Of a stretch of 64,000 nucleotides of DNA, positions 31,905-42,700 are shown piece after piece. A program made the position numbers and the translations under genes. The DNA comes from Meiothermus sp. GTDB taxonomy: Bacteria > Deinococcota > Deinococci > Deinococcales > Thermaceae. The stretch lies in NCBI RefSeq assembly GCF_026004115.1, contig NZ_BPIM01000001.1:3172594-3236593 (forward strand), written 5' to 3'. Within the stretch, counting starts at the first letter, position 1. Every line of letters starts with the position of its first letter. Under the pieces are notes generated by a model that ran no database searches, was not told the origin of the DNA, and was given only the letters and a program-made list of their open reading frames with translations.

Positions 31905-34900
31905 ATGTTCGGTCTGCCGGAACTCAACTACCATCAGAGCAAAGCCTTGCGGCTCCTGCGGTTGCTGGAGCTCCTGCAACAAAAGCCCTGGAAGCCGGCC
32001 GAGCTGCGACAGGAGCTGGGCCTGGGCGAGCGAGCCATTTTCGACTACCTGAACGAGGTAGAAACCCTGGCCGAGCGCCTGGGGTTGCGCTTTGTGCACG
32101 ACACCCTGCGCAGCACCTACCACATCGAGGTGGTGGAGCGCCTGAGCCTGACCGAGACGGTGGTGGCTTTTGCTACCATCCGGATGCTGGCCCACCACGC
32201 ACCGGGAACCAACAAGACCTACCAGGAAGCCCTGCGCAAGCTGGCCAAGCACCTGCCCGAGCCGCTCAAAACCCTAGCTCTAAAAAGCACCAATGCCTTG
32301 CAGCTTCGTCCTCCCAGCCTGAACGGGGCCAACCTCGAGACCCTGACCCAGGGCTGGCTGGAGCGGCGGGTGGTGGCTTTCGAGTACCGCATCCCGCAGG
32401 GTGGGGTCTTTGGGGTGGAGCTCGAGACCTATTTCATCGAGGTTTCGCGGGCCAACATGGCCGTTTATGTCATTGGGAAAGACCGCTTGTATGGCCGCAA
32501 CATCCATTACCTGGACAACCTTAGAACCTACAAACTTGAGCGCATCCAGCGGCCCCGCTTGCTGGAGGCCTCCTATAGCATTCCCGACGATTTCGACCCA
32601 GGCCTGTACCTCTCGACCGCCTGGGGCATTGTGGGCGGCGCAAACCCGCAAAAGGTATTGCTTCGCTTCACGCCAGAAGCCAGCGAACGCATCCGTGAAG
32701 GGGGCTATCCCAATCTTTCAATCCTTGAGCAGCTCGAGGGTGGCGACACTCTCGTTGAAATTACCGTTGGCACCGATCATATTGGATTCCCCCTCGAGCT
32801 GCTTCCTTGGATACAAAGCTGGGGGCCCCGGGTAGAAGTACTAAAGCCCACCAGTCTGCGGCAGAAGTGGCTGGCCGAGGCCCGCCAGGTGCTCGAACGG
32901 TACGACCCCCAGCGGGTAACGGGCCCCAAAACCTACTGGGCCCACACCCACAAAGACCCCACCCGCTGGCAAACCCTGCAGGAACATGCCGCCCAGGTAG
33001 CCCGCCTGGCCGCCGAAAAAGCCCGCCCCTTTGGCGATTCGGAGAAGGCCGACCTAGCGGGAAAGCTCCACGACTTGGGCAAGTATGGCGACCTCTTCCA
33101 GCGCCGCCTCGAGGGCAAGGAAAAAGGCCTCGACCACTGGTCGGCGGGGGCTCATGTGGCCTTGTTCGAGTACCGCGCCCCCGAGCTGGCTTTAGCCATT
33201 CAGGGCCATCACATCGGGCTCCAGAGCGGGGCCAAAGAAAGCCTCAAGGCGATGCGGCTACGCGAGGATGGCCAGGGCTACCCGCCCGAGCTGCGCCTGA
33301 GTGAGACCCGCCTGGAGGTGCTTCAAGAGCGCTTGCAATCCGACGGCCTCGAGCTGCCCCCGCCCAGCCAGGCCCAGATAGCGCTGCCCCAAAGCGCCGC
33401 GGCCATGCTCGAGACCCGGATGCTCTTCTCGGCCCTGGTCGACGCCGACTTTCTCGACACCGAACGGCACATGCAGGGCGAGGTGCGGCCCAGCCCTCCC
33501 CCATTGCAAGCAGCGCTGGCCTTAGAGAAGCTCGAGGCCCGCCTGCAGGCACTCGCAAACCAGGAAGGTCTGCCCCAGCCCATCCGCGCACTTCGTCGGC
33601 AGGTCTCCGAAGCCTGTGCAGCGGCAGCGCAAGCACCGGCCCGACTCTTTACCCTCACCGCCCCCACCGGCAGCGGCAAAACCCTGTCCATGCTTCGCTT
33701 TGCCCTACAGCGCGCCGCGCAAGACCCGCGCATAAGGCGCATCGTGGTGGTGCTGCCCTACCTTTCTATCCTCGACCAAACCGTGCACATCTACCGCGAG
33801 CTATTCGCCGACTTCGGGCCCCACTACATCCTGGAAGACCACAGCCTGGCCTACCGACCGCTGCGCAAGGAGTTTTCCGATGAGCAAGACATCCTGGAAC
33901 GGGAGCGCCGCCTCTTGAGCGAAAACTGGGAGGCCCCCATCATCCTGACCACCCACGTGCAACTCCTGGAGAGCCTGCACGCGAGCCGCCCCGGCGCCTG
34001 CCGCAAGCTGCACAACCTGGCCGGGAGCGTGCTGCTGTTCGACGAGGTACAAACCCTGCCCACCCACCTGGCCGTGCCCACCCTGAAGACCCTTGCGCAC
34101 CTGGCCAGCGACAAGTACAGCTCGGTGGTGGTCTTTGCCACCGCTACCCAGCCGGCCTTCGATACCCTGCACGACAAAATCCAGGAAAACGAACCGCAGG
34201 GCTGGCAGCCGCAAGAAATTGTACCGAACCCTGAAGCGCTCTTTGGCCAAAGCCAGCGAGTAGCGGTGGAGTGGTGGCTCAAAAACCCCACCCCCAACCC
34301 GGCCCTGGCGACCCTACTGGCCGCGGATGAACAGGCCCTCGCGGTGCTCAACCTCAAGCGGCAGGCCCAGGCCCTCTTTCAGCAGGCCCAGGAGCGGGGC
34401 TTGGAGGGGCTTTATCACCTATCCACCGCGCTGTGTCCGGCCCACCGGAAGGCGGTACTGGGGCAGATCAAAGCCCGTCTGGATCAACGAGAACCTTGCC
34501 GCTTGATCGCTACCCAGGTGGTGGAGGCCGGGGTGGAGCTGGACTTTCCCATAGGCTACCGGGCTTTGGGGCCTTTGGAGGCCATCGCCCAGACCGCCGG
34601 GCGGGTCAATCGGCACGGCCTGCGCAGGGAAGGCCGTCTGGTGGTCTTTTTGCCCGAGGACGAGGGCTACCCCGACCGGGCCTACGCCCAGGCCGCCCAG
34701 CTCACCCGGGCCTTGCAGGCCGAGGGGGGCCTCGAGCTGACCCCCGCCGCCTTCCGCCGCTATTACCAAAGCCTCTATGGGCTGCAAAAGGTGAGCGACC
34801 CCGAGGTCGAACAACTCATCAAAACCCAAAACTACGCCGAACTCGCCCGCCGCTACCGCATTATCGAGTCTCCGGCAGTGAACGTGGTGGTGCCCTACAA

Positions 34901-35159
34901 CGAGGAGGCCCTGGCCCTCATGCAGGAAGCCCGTGAGCGGGGCATCGCCGCCGACTGGATTCACCGGGCGCGGCCCTACACGGTGCCCTTCTTTTTGCCC
35001 CACGGGGGGCCGCCGGCCTTCCTCGAGACGGTCTTTCTGCGCTACGGTCGCCAAAAAAGCGAGGTTCCCGACTGGTTTTTATGCCCCGACCCGGCCTGCT
35101 ACCACCCTTCGCTGGGCTTCACCCCTGCCGAGGGCGGGCAGGCAGGTCTGGTTATTTGA
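31905..35159 (+). CDS. cas3: Cas3 (HD nuclease plus SF2 helicase, type I-C) fused to an N-terminal HTH-WYL-WCX transcription-factor-like module
   Basis: Residues 1 to about 335 have an HTH (SKALRLLRLLELLQQKPWKPAELRQELGLGERAIFDYL), a WYL-type core (VVAFEYR..VYVIGKD..LRTYKLERI) and a C-terminal extension (RVEVLKPTSLRQKWLAEARQVLERY). From about residue 344 the sequence is Cas3: HD motif KLHDLGK, helicase motif I APTGSGKT and motif II LLFDEVQ. Confidence 0.9.
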   Translation: MFGLPELNYHQSKALRLLRLLELLQQKPWKPAELRQELGLGERAIFDYLNEVETLAERLGLRFVHDTLRSTYHIEVVERLSLTETVVAFATIRMLAHHAPGTNKTYQEALRKLAKHLPEPLKTLALKSTNALQLRPPSLNGANLETLTQGWLERRVVAFEYRIPQGGVFGVELETYFIEVSRANMAVYVIGKDRLYGRNIHYLDNLRTYKLERIQRPRLLEASYSIPDDFDPGLYLSTAWGIVGGANPQKVLLRFTPEASERIREGGYPNLSILEQLEGGDTLVEITVGTDHIGFPLELLPWIQSWGPRVEVLKPTSLRQKWLAEARQVLERYDPQRVTGPKTYWAHTHKDPTRWQTLQEHAAQVARLAAEKARPFGDSEKADLAGKLHDLGKYGDLFQRRLEGKEKGLDHWSAGAHVALFEYRAPELALAIQGHHIGLQSGAKESLKAMRLREDGQGYPPELRLSETRLEVLQERLQSDGLELPPPSQAQIALPQSAAAMLETRMLFSALVDADFLDTERHMQGEVRPSPPPLQAALALEKLEARLQALANQEGLPQPIRALRRQVSEACAAAAQAPARLFTLTAPTGSGKTLSMLRFALQRAAQDPRIRRIVVVLPYLSILDQTVHIYRELFADFGPHYILEDHSLAYRPLRKEFSDEQDILERERRLLSENWEAPIILTTHVQLLESLHASRPGACRKLHNLAGSVLLFDEVQTLPTHLAVPTLKTLAHLASDKYSSVVVFATATQPAFDTLHDKIQENEPQGWQPQEIVPNPEALFGQSQRVAVEWWLKNPTPNPALATLLAADEQALAVLNLKRQAQALFQQAQERGLEGLYHLSTALCPAHRKAVLGQIKARLDQREPCRLIATQVVEAGVELDFPIGYRALGPLEAIAQTAGRVNRHGLRREGRLVVFLPEDEGYPDRAYAQAAQLTRALQAEGGLELTPAAFRRYYQSLYGLQKVSDPEVEQLIKTQNYAELARRYRIIESPAVNVVVPYNEEALALMQEARERGIAADWIHRARPYTVPFFLPHGGPPAFLETVFLRYGRQKSEVPDWFLCPDPACYHPSLGFTPAEGGQAGLVI

Positions 35160-35207
35160 ACACCGGGGTGCAGGAGCAAAGGCTATTTTTTTCCCAAAGG
35201 AGGTTCT

Positions 35208-35954
35208 ATGCGAAGTTTTGTGCTCGAGGTTTGGGGGGAGCTGGCTTGTTTTACAAGGCCCGAGTTCAAGGTGGAGCGCTTCAGCTACCCCCTCATCACC
35301 CCCAGCGCAGCCCGGGGCATTTTCGACGCCATCTACCTGGACTTTGACCCCCAGAGCCAAAAGTCCCTCATGTACTGGCAGGTGGAGCGCATCGAGGTGC
35401 TCAGGCCGATACGCTACATCAGCCTGATGCGCAACGAGGTCAAGGAAAAGGCCAGCCCACGCAACATCCAGGCCTGGATGAAAGACCCCAGCCGCCTCGA
35501 GCCCCTCTATGCCGACGCCACCAGTAACGAAACCGGCCAGGACACCAAAGGCCGCACCCAGCGCCAGACCATGGCCCTCAAGGACGTGCGCTACCGCCTG
35601 AGCGCCCACGCGGTGCTCTACCGGGAAGACCCCGCCCTGCGCCAGAAAATTGAGCACAGCTTTGAGCGGCGGGCCCGTGCCGGGCAGTGCATCTACCAAC
35701 CCTACCTGGGCTGCCGCGAGTTTAGCGGCTACTTCCGGCTGGTCGAGCCCGGCGAGGAAGCCCCGCCTGTGGACTACCACGAAAAGATCGGCTGGATGCT
35801 CTACGACGTCTTCGACCTCTCGCGACCGGGGGCCCCGCTGCGTACCGACAAAGGGGAAAAGCCCCGCATCAGCCTGTTCGAGGCCGAGGTGGTGGCGGGG
35901 GTGCTGCTGGTGCCCCCCTATGAAAGCGAGCGGGTCAAGAAGGGGGTGGGTTAA
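35208..35954 (+). CDS. cas5: Cas5c (Cas5d), type I-C pre-crRNA endonuclease subunit
   Basis: [43 protein letters not shown] is the typical Cas5d N-terminus. Confidence 0.9.
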   Translation: MRSFVLEVWGELACFTRPEFKVERFSYPLITPSAARGIFDAIYLDFDPQSQKSLMYWQVERIEVLRPIRYISLMRNEVKEKASPRNIQAWMKDPSRLEPLYADATSNETGQDTKGRTQRQTMALKDVRYRLSAHAVLYREDPALRQKIEHSFERRARAGQCIYQPYLGCREFSGYFRLVEPGEEAPPVDYHEKIGWMLYDVFDLSRPGAPLRTDKGEKPRISLFEAEVVAGVLLVPPYESERVKKGVG

Positions 35955-37798
35955 TGCTCGCGCAGTTGGTGGAGTACGCCCGGCAAAAAGGCCTGGGCAC
36001 CGAACCCGGCTTTACCACCAAGGAGATTCGCTGGCTGGTGGGGGTGAGTCCGGCTGGAGAGTTCACCGAGCTGATCGACCTGAACCAAACCAAACCTGCC
36101 CCCGACCTCTCCCAGCCCGACATGATGAGCCTGCCCGGCTACTTGCGGGCGCAGGGTCACACCGTCGAGCAGGCCGCCCACTTCCTGGCCGACACCTGTG
36201 CGGTGGTGTTTGGGCTGGCCGAGCGGGACGCCGCAGGGAATATCAAAAAGCCCGAGGAACATGCCAAAAACCTCCTGAAGCACGCTGCCTTCCGGCTGCT
36301 CATCCAGTTGGCGGCCAGAAACGTACCGCTCCTCGAGCCCATCGCCAAGGCGCTCTCCGACCCCCAGCAGGTGCAGGCTTTCTTGCAGAAGCTGGAGGCC
36401 CAAGCCCAGAAAAGGGGGCCAGAAAGGCTCAAATCCACCGACAAAATCTCTTTTTTCGTGAACGGCCGGTGCGTGCTGGACTGCCCCGACTGGCACGACT
36501 GGTGGCGGCAGTTTAGGGCCCAGGCCTTCCCCAAGTCGGGCGAAGAGGGCCAGATGCCCTCGTTCGCCAGCGGCGAGCTGGTCACTCCGGCTTCCACCCA
36601 CCTCAAGGTCACCCGGCTGGGCGGGAGCGCCTTTGGCCACGCTTTGGTCACCTACGACAAGGAGGCCTTCGAGTCCTATGGCCTCTCCCAAGGGGAGAAC
36701 GCGGCGGTAGAGGAGGAGGCCGCTACCGCCTACCGGGCCGGGCTGGACGCGCTGTTGGAGAAAGCCCAAACCCTGGGCGAGATGAAGGTGGTGGTCTGGT
36801 ACGACCGCGAGATTCCCGAGGAAGACGACTTCTTCCGCGACCTCTTCGCCCCCAGCAGCGGCGAGGCCGAGGAGCTACAGGCCCTCGAGCGCGCCCACAA
36901 GGTGCTACAAGCCCTCAAGACCGGCCAGGCCCCGCCCAGCCTGCGCCAGGCCCGCTTTTTCGCCACCGCCATGAGCCCAGCCTCGGGCCGGGTGATGGTG
37001 CGCGACTGGCAAATCGGCAGGCTGGAAGACTTCGTGGAGGCCGTAACAACCTGGTTTGAGCAACTGGCCATCGTGCGCAAGGGCGGCGACCGCCCGGCCA
37101 GCCTGCCGGGGTTGAACCGGCTCTTCCTGAGCCTGCAGCGGCCCAAATCCCCCGACCAAAAGCTGGACGACTACCTCAAGCCCGTCAAAACCTTGCAACT
37201 CCCCCTCTGGCGAGCCGCCCTGAACCCCAGCCTGCCCATCCCTTACGCCGCCATCGCCAAAATTATGGAGACCCACACCGCCGAGGTGATGACCGGGGCC
37301 TTTACCGAGGCCCTGAACACCCAGAAACCCGACGCCGCCGCCCTGGGGCGCATCTACGCCCGCATGGGGCTTTTGAAGGCCTACCACATCCGCAAAGGAG
37401 GGAAGATGAGTACCGCCCTAGACCCCCACCACCCCAGCCCGGCCTACCACTGTGGCCGCTTGATGTGCCTCCTGGCCCAGATCCAGGAGGCCGCCAGCGA
37501 GTCCGAGATCAACGCCGGGGTGGTGCAGCGCTACTACGGCGCTGCCAGCAGCACGCCGGCCCTGGTGCTGGGCCGCCTCACGCGGCTTTCGCAGCACCAC
37601 CTGAGCAAAATGGCCAAGGACGCCCCCGGCCTGGCCTACTGGTTCAACACCCAACTGGCCCAGGTCTGGAGCGCCCTGGGGCCCAGCCTCCCGCGCACCC
37701 TGAGCCTGGAAGAGCAAAGCCTTTTTGCCCTGGGCTACTACCATCAACTGGCCCAAAGCCGCAAGGGCAAGCAGGAGGGCGAGACTCAATCCGCATAA
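35954..37798 (+). CDS. cas8c: Cas8c (Csd1), type I-C large subunit
   Basis: Assigned by position between cas5c and cas7c, its 614 aa size and a Csd1-like N-terminus. The ATG overlaps the cas5 stop (TAATG). Confidence 0.85.
   Translation: MLAQLVEYARQKGLGTEPGFTTKEIRWLVGVSPAGEFTELIDLNQTKPAPDLSQPDMMSLPGYLRAQGHTVEQAAHFLADTCAVVFGLAERDAAGNIKKPEEHAKNLLKHAAFRLLIQLAARNVPLLEPIAKALSDPQQVQAFLQKLEAQAQKRGPERLKSTDKISFFVNGRCVLDCPDWHDWWRQFRAQAFPKSGEEGQMPSFASGELVTPASTHLKVTRLGGSAFGHALVTYDKEAFESYGLSQGENAAVEEEAATAYRAGLDALLEKAQTLGEMKVVVWYDREIPEEDDFFRDLFAPSSGEAEELQALERAHKVLQALKTGQAPPSLRQARFFATAMSPASGRVMVRDWQIGRLEDFVEAVTTWFEQLAIVRKGGDRPASLPGLNRLFLSLQRPKSPDQKLDDYLKPVKTLQLPLWRAALNPSLPIPYAAIAKIMETHTAEVMTGAFTEALNTQKPDAAALGRIYARMGLLKAYHIRKGGKMSTALDPHHPSPAYHCGRLMCLLAQIQEAASESEINAGVVQRYYGAASSTPALVLGRLTRLSQHHLSKMAKDAPGLAYWFNTQLAQVWSALGPSLPRTLSLEEQSLFALGYYHQLAQSRKGKQEGETQSA
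37406..37798 (+). CDS. cas11: Predicted internally translated small subunit Cas11c (130 aa, in frame within the cas8c 3' end)
   Basis: An in-frame ATG at 37406 is preceded by a strong AAAGGAGGG Shine-Dalgarno. Type I-C systems are known to make Cas11 by internal initiation in cas8c. Confidence 0.5.
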   Translation: MSTALDPHHPSPAYHCGRLMCLLAQIQEAASESEINAGVVQRYYGAASSTPALVLGRLTRLSQHHLSKMAKDAPGLAYWFNTQLAQVWSALGPSLPRTLSLEEQSLFALGYYHQLAQSRKGKQEGETQSA

Positions 37799-37828
37799 AT
37801 CCAAGCCAAACCCTGAAAGGAGATGTTT

Positions 37829-38818
37829 ATGTCCCAGCCCATCCAGAACCGCTACGAGTTTTTGCTCTTCTTCGACGTGCAAGACGGCAACCCCAACGGC
37901 GACCCCGACTCGGGCAACGCCCCCCGCGTAGACCCCGAGGACGGCCACGGCCTGGTGAGCGACGTGGCCCTCAAGCGGCGCATCCGCAACTACGCCCAGG
38001 CCGCCGGAGCCCCCATCTTTGTGCAGCACGGCACCAACCTCAACCGCTCCATCTTCGAGGCCCACGAGAAAACCGAGGGTGGGTTCACCGCAACCAAAAC
38101 CAAGGACAAGGTAGAAGCGGCCCGCCGCTGGATGTGCGGGCAGTTCTTCGACGTTCGCACCTTTGGGGCGGTGATGAGCACCGGGGCCAACGCCGGGCAG
38201 GTGCGGGGGCCGGTGCAGATCACTTTTGCCCGCAGCCTCGACCCCATCTTTCCCGCCGAGTTCAGCATCACCCGCGGCGCGGTGGCCGAGGACGTCAAGA
38301 ACGCCAAAACCCTGGAAGACTACCTGCGCTGGGAGAAAGAACAACCCGAGGACAGGCTGCGCACCATGGGCCGCAAGAGCCAGGTGGCCTACGGCTTATA
38401 CCTGGCCAAGGGCTTCATCAGCGCCCACCTAGCCCAGGGCACCGGCTTCAGCCAGGCCGATCTTAAGCTTTTGGTGGAAGCCCTTTTGAACATGTACGAC
38501 CACGACCGCAGCGCCTCCAAAGGCATGATGGCCACCCGCCGGCTTTACCTTTTCCAGCACGTGGGCAACGGCGACCCCCACAACGCCGAGCAAAACAAGC
38601 GCCAGGCCATGCTGGGCTGCGCCCCTGCCCACCGCCTGCTCGATCTGGGCCAGGTGGTCTCGGTGGGGCGACTCGACGAAAGCAAACCCCCCCGCCGCTT
38701 CGCCGACTACGAGGTAAAAGCCGACCCCCAGAAGCTACCCAAAGGGGTGCGGATGTTGGAACTGGACGCCTGGGACGAGGCCCGCTTTGACCGCTGGATG
38801 GGAGGGCAGGATGCCTAG
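37829..38818 (+). CDS. cas7: Cas7c (Csd2), type I-C backbone subunit
   Basis: [49 protein letters not shown] is the Csd2 hallmark. The start is at MSQPIQ, after AGGAG. Confidence 0.9.
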   Translation: MSQPIQNRYEFLLFFDVQDGNPNGDPDSGNAPRVDPEDGHGLVSDVALKRRIRNYAQAAGAPIFVQHGTNLNRSIFEAHEKTEGGFTATKTKDKVEAARRWMCGQFFDVRTFGAVMSTGANAGQVRGPVQITFARSLDPIFPAEFSITRGAVAEDVKNAKTLEDYLRWEKEQPEDRLRTMGRKSQVAYGLYLAKGFISAHLAQGTGFSQADLKLLVEALLNMYDHDRSASKGMMATRRLYLFQHVGNGDPHNAEQNKRQAMLGCAPAHRLLDLGQVVSVGRLDESKPPRRFADYEVKADPQKLPKGVRMLELDAWDEARFDRWMGGQDA

Positions 38819-40103
38819 AACCATCCCCTTTTCGCCCCCCGAACTCAAGACACCTGCGTTGGAGACCTGGACGCTCAGGCTCAAAACCATCACGCCAATG
38901 TTCGGCGGCAGCGCTACCCCGCGCGAGGTAGACCCGGAAAACCCTGTTCGGGCGGCCAGTGTGCGCGGGCACCTGCGCTTTTGGTGGCGGGCTGTGGCGG
39001 GGGGACGGTATGCCAGTGCGAAAGAGTTGTTCGAGGCGGAGGAGGAAATTTGGGGCAGTGATGCCATCCCAGGAAAAGTTTCCATAAAGGTATTGGAGGC
39101 GAGGGCATCAGAGCCCAAGCCTTGCTGTACTTATGAGCATCCGCGAAGAGATGGGGGAACTGAGCTAAAAACCTACCCTTATTTTGGGGAGTACCCCGGA
39201 TATGCTCTTTTCCCGTTTCAGGGCAAGGCCCGGAGAGACAAACAAAGTGGCGTAATAACTATTACTGAGCAGCCATCTAAGTGTCTCGAAGAAGTAAGCT
39301 TTACCCTATGCCTTTCTTTTCCTAACTACATCAAGCCCCAAGTAGAACCGGCCGTCGCCTTTTGGCTAAAGCTTGGCGGAATAGGGGCGCGTACAAGGAG
39401 AGGCTGCGGAAGCTTAGAGATTGTTGAAGATTCGCTTCCTCAAAACACGAAGCTCGAATCTTTATTGGGTCGCAAAGCAAATAGTCTTCTCACAACGGTT
39501 CCAATCGTTTGTTTTGTGGGCGAAGAGAAAGAATCGCCCATCCAAGCATGGAAAGAGGCAGTTGAGGTTTACAAGGAGTTCCGGCAAGGAAAAGATTACG
39601 CCAGAGACCCAGGCTCTAATCCCAAATCTGCAAAACTCGGACGTTCAAGGTATCCAGAACCCGATACTATTCGCGAAATGTTTTCGCAAGAGAGTTGGCG
39701 GCACGGAGTAAAACATCCAGTTAGAGGCTTTCCTCGAGCCGATCTAGGCCTCCCGATAGTTTTTCACTTTCAGGAAGAAGGCCCTAAAGATGAAAACTTC
39801 TACCTCGAGTCCAACTATTCACGCGGTTCACGGTTTGCCTCGCCGGTCATTACGAAAGCGATGAAAAAGAATAATGGCTATGCTCCGGCTATTATTCTGC
39901 TCAACGCACCTCATGTGTGGGAGGCTGGAAACTTTACGTTGAGGTTGCGTTCGGATGTGCATGTAATAAAAGAGAACTTTGTTAATCTTGATCGGCACAG
40001 TCGAGAGCACATACCACCGCTGAGAATGTTTGGCTCCAAACCGATTCGCGAAGCATTGTGGGATTTCATAAAGTCCAAGGGCTACCAGGAGGTGCGCCTA
40101 TGA
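38811..40103 (+). CDS. cmr1: Cmr1 (type III-B RAMP)
   Basis: ITPMFGGSA...[16 protein letters not shown] is the Cmr1 signature. The ATG overlaps the cas7 stop by 8 nt. Confidence 0.8.
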   Translation: MPRTIPFSPPELKTPALETWTLRLKTITPMFGGSATPREVDPENPVRAASVRGHLRFWWRAVAGGRYASAKELFEAEEEIWGSDAIPGKVSIKVLEARASEPKPCCTYEHPRRDGGTELKTYPYFGEYPGYALFPFQGKARRDKQSGVITITEQPSKCLEEVSFTLCLSFPNYIKPQVEPAVAFWLKLGGIGARTRRGCGSLEIVEDSLPQNTKLESLLGRKANSLLTTVPIVCFVGEEKESPIQAWKEAVEVYKEFRQGKDYARDPGSNPKSAKLGRSRYPEPDTIREMFSQESWRHGVKHPVRGFPRADLGLPIVFHFQEEGPKDENFYLESNYSRGSRFASPVITKAMKKNNGYAPAIILLNAPHVWEAGNFTLRLRSDVHVIKENFVNLDRHSREHIPPLRMFGSKPIREALWDFIKSKGYQEVRL

Positions 40104-41584
40104 GCCACCTGCTCTCCATCTCCCTGGGCCCAGTGCAAGACTTCATTGCCGCCGCGCGCCGCACCACCGACCTGTACGCAGGTTCGCAGATTTTGCAGGA
40201 ACTGAGCAAGCACGCCGCGCAGCACTTGGCTTCGCAGGGGGCTACGCTCATCTTTCCAGCCAACCAGAACGCCGACGGGGCCAACAAGATTCTGGCCGAG
40301 GTAAAGGACGACCCTAAGCAGCTTGCCGCGAAGACCAAAAAAGCCGTTCAGGACAGGCTATTGAGTCTCTGGGACGAGACCAAAGGCAAACTTCCCGCCG
40401 AGCAACAGAACCTGATTGACCAAGCAAGGGCCCAAGAGCAGCTTGGGTGTTTTCTCGAGTTCTACGCCGCCTGGGTGCCGCTGCCCAACAAGGAGGCCTA
40501 CAGGGAGGCCCGGCTTCAGGTGGAGCGCCTCTTGGCCGGGCGCAAGGCTTTGCGGGACTTCGCCCCCACCCAGCAGAGCGACGACGGCGTGCCCAAGTCC
40601 CCCCTCGACCCCTCCTGGGCGGCGGTGATCGATCCCCGACAGTGGGGGGATGTCAACATCCGCCTGGCCGTTGGCTCCTACCGCCCACTGCGCATCAAGC
40701 CCACCGAGCACCTCGACGCCATCTCGCTCCTCAAGCGCTGTTACGGGGTGCTGAACTCGGACAAAGTGGTGGACACCCGCACCATGGCCCGGCGCTCCTG
40801 GAGGCCGGAAGCAAAGCCCGACGAGCGCTACGGCGAGGAAGACGACCATATCCCAGAGCCCCAGCCCTACCTGGCCATCCTGGTGGCCGACGGCGACCGC
40901 ATGGGCGAGCTGATCGCGCGGCAGGACGACCCCAATGCCCACCGTGGGCTATCAAAAACCCTGGACGACTTCGCCAAAGAAGCCCGCAAAATTGTGCCCA
41001 AGCACAGGGGCTTTATGGTCTATTCGGGCGGGGACGATGTGCTGGCCCTCCTGCCAGTGAATCGGGCCATCGCCTGCGCCAAAGACCTCTCGGAGGAGTT
41101 TCGCCACCGGGTCAAGGGCACCCTTTCGGCAGGAATCGCCATTGTGCACTACCGCGAGCCGCTTTCCATTTCCCTGCAACATGCGCGATATGCGGAGAAA
41201 GCCGCTAAGAACGGTGGACGGAATGCCCTGGCGGTGGCCCTGCACACCCGTGGTGGCTCGCCGGTCACGGTGGTGCAGCCCTGGAACGAGCTGTCCTGGG
41301 ACGAGCTGCTCGAGGCCTACCAAAACCGCCAGATTACCCGTGGCCTGGCCCATGAACTGCGCGACCTGGTGCAGGAGTGGCAGGACGACATGCGGGCCGA
41401 TTACCTCCATAAGGAAGCCCAGCGGGTTCTGTCTCGCAAAGAGGCCCGCAATCTAAAAATCCCCGCACCCGCCAGCGACACCCCCACCTACCGCAAAGCC
41501 CTGCTGCGCTTTGTGGATCAGCTCATCATCGCCCGCTTTTTGAGTGGCCTTCAGGAGGAAGAGCATGCCGGAAAGAGTGCTTGA
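40100..41584 (+). CDS. cas10: Cas10/Cmr2, short form without an HD domain, cyclase GGDD motif intact
   Basis: It starts directly at SLGPVQDFIAAARRTTDLYAGSQIL. It has VADGDRMG and YSGGDDVLALLP and is 494 aa. There is an ATGA overlap with cmr1. Confidence 0.9.
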   Translation: MSHLLSISLGPVQDFIAAARRTTDLYAGSQILQELSKHAAQHLASQGATLIFPANQNADGANKILAEVKDDPKQLAAKTKKAVQDRLLSLWDETKGKLPAEQQNLIDQARAQEQLGCFLEFYAAWVPLPNKEAYREARLQVERLLAGRKALRDFAPTQQSDDGVPKSPLDPSWAAVIDPRQWGDVNIRLAVGSYRPLRIKPTEHLDAISLLKRCYGVLNSDKVVDTRTMARRSWRPEAKPDERYGEEDDHIPEPQPYLAILVADGDRMGELIARQDDPNAHRGLSKTLDDFAKEARKIVPKHRGFMVYSGGDDVLALLPVNRAIACAKDLSEEFRHRVKGTLSAGIAIVHYREPLSISLQHARYAEKAAKNGGRNALAVALHTRGGSPVTVVQPWNELSWDELLEAYQNRQITRGLAHELRDLVQEWQDDMRADYLHKEAQRVLSRKEARNLKIPAPASDTPTYRKALLRFVDQLIIARFLSGLQEEEHAGKSA

Positions 41585-42698
41585 AATCCACGCCCTGAGC
41601 CCCCTGCTTTTCCGCGACGGCAGGCCCTTTAGCGCCGCCGACGGTACCGAGACCGCCGCCCGGAGCCTGAGTCTGCCCTTGCCCAGCACCGTGGCGGGCT
41701 TCGTGCGGACGCAGGTGGGGCTGGCCGAGGGCAAGGGGTTTAGCCAGGAGCACCTGCAAAATCTGCACGGCCTTCAGGTGTGCGGGCCGCTGCTGGCTCG
41801 AGACGACGAGGTGTTGCTACCCGCCCCCCGCGATGCGGTGGTGTACCGGGATGCTGAAGGCAATGCCCAGGTCATGAAGCTGACCCCCTTTAGCCCCCCC
41901 GCGGGCCCAGGCTGTGACCTGCCGGACGGCCTTTTGCCCTTGCAGATCACCCAGGACGTGAAGCCCGAATCGGGCTACAACTTCTGGACGGCCCGCAACG
42001 TGGAGCGCTGGCTATTGGACGAGAGCCTGGTGCCCGAAAATATCTCTGGCCTCCCCACCGAGACCCGCGTGCACGTGGCCATGGACCCCGTCAAGGGCAA
42101 AGCCAGGGAAGGCCAGCTATACAGCGTGGCCTACCGGCCTTTGGAGATGGGCGAGAACCCCCAAACCTACCAGCCCGCCAGCCTGCGGGTGCGGCTCTCG
42201 CTGTCCAACGGGCAGACCCCGGCCCCCATCGGCCACCTGGGGGGCGAACGCCGTCCGGTGGCGGTGGAGGTGAAGGAAAGCCTTTCCGAGCACTGGTTCG
42301 ATTGCCCGGAGGCTATCAAAAAGCGCTTCGCCGAGATGGGAAAAGGGGCTCGAGTGCGGCTGGTGCTGGCCACGCCAGCCCTGTTCGAACACGGCTGGAA
42401 ACCTGGCTGGATCGAGAAATCGGGCAGTGGCGAGCTTCATCTGCCTCGAGGTCTGTGCCGGGTGAAACTCAAGCTGGTGGCCGCCGCAGTGGGGCGGCGC
42501 GAGCCGGTGAGCGGCTGGAGCCTGCGGGAAAACCGGCCCAAGCGGGTGCGTTGGATGGCGCCCGCAGGCAGTGTGTATTTCTTCGAGGTGGTGGAAGGCC
42601 AACCAGCCGACCTGCTGGAAAGCTGGCTCAGGCCCATTAGCGACCTCAAGCAAGATCGCAAGGACGGCTTTGGACTGGCCCTTTGGGGAGTGTGGTGA
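41565..42698 (+). CDS. cmr3: Cmr3
   Basis: ALSPLLFRDGRPF N-terminal motif. The start follows AGGAGGAAGAGC and overlaps the cas10 3' end by 20 nt. Confidence 0.85.
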   Translation: MPERVLEIHALSPLLFRDGRPFSAADGTETAARSLSLPLPSTVAGFVRTQVGLAEGKGFSQEHLQNLHGLQVCGPLLARDDEVLLPAPRDAVVYRDAEGNAQVMKLTPFSPPAGPGCDLPDGLLPLQITQDVKPESGYNFWTARNVERWLLDESLVPENISGLPTETRVHVAMDPVKGKAREGQLYSVAYRPLEMGENPQTYQPASLRVRLSLSNGQTPAPIGHLGGERRPVAVEVKESLSEHWFDCPEAIKKRFAEMGKGARVRLVLATPALFEHGWKPGWIEKSGSGELHLPRGLCRVKLKLVAAAVGRREPVSGWSLRENRPKRVRWMAPAGSVYFFEVVEGQPADLLESWLRPISDLKQDRKDGFGLALWGVW

Positions 42699-42700
42699 AC

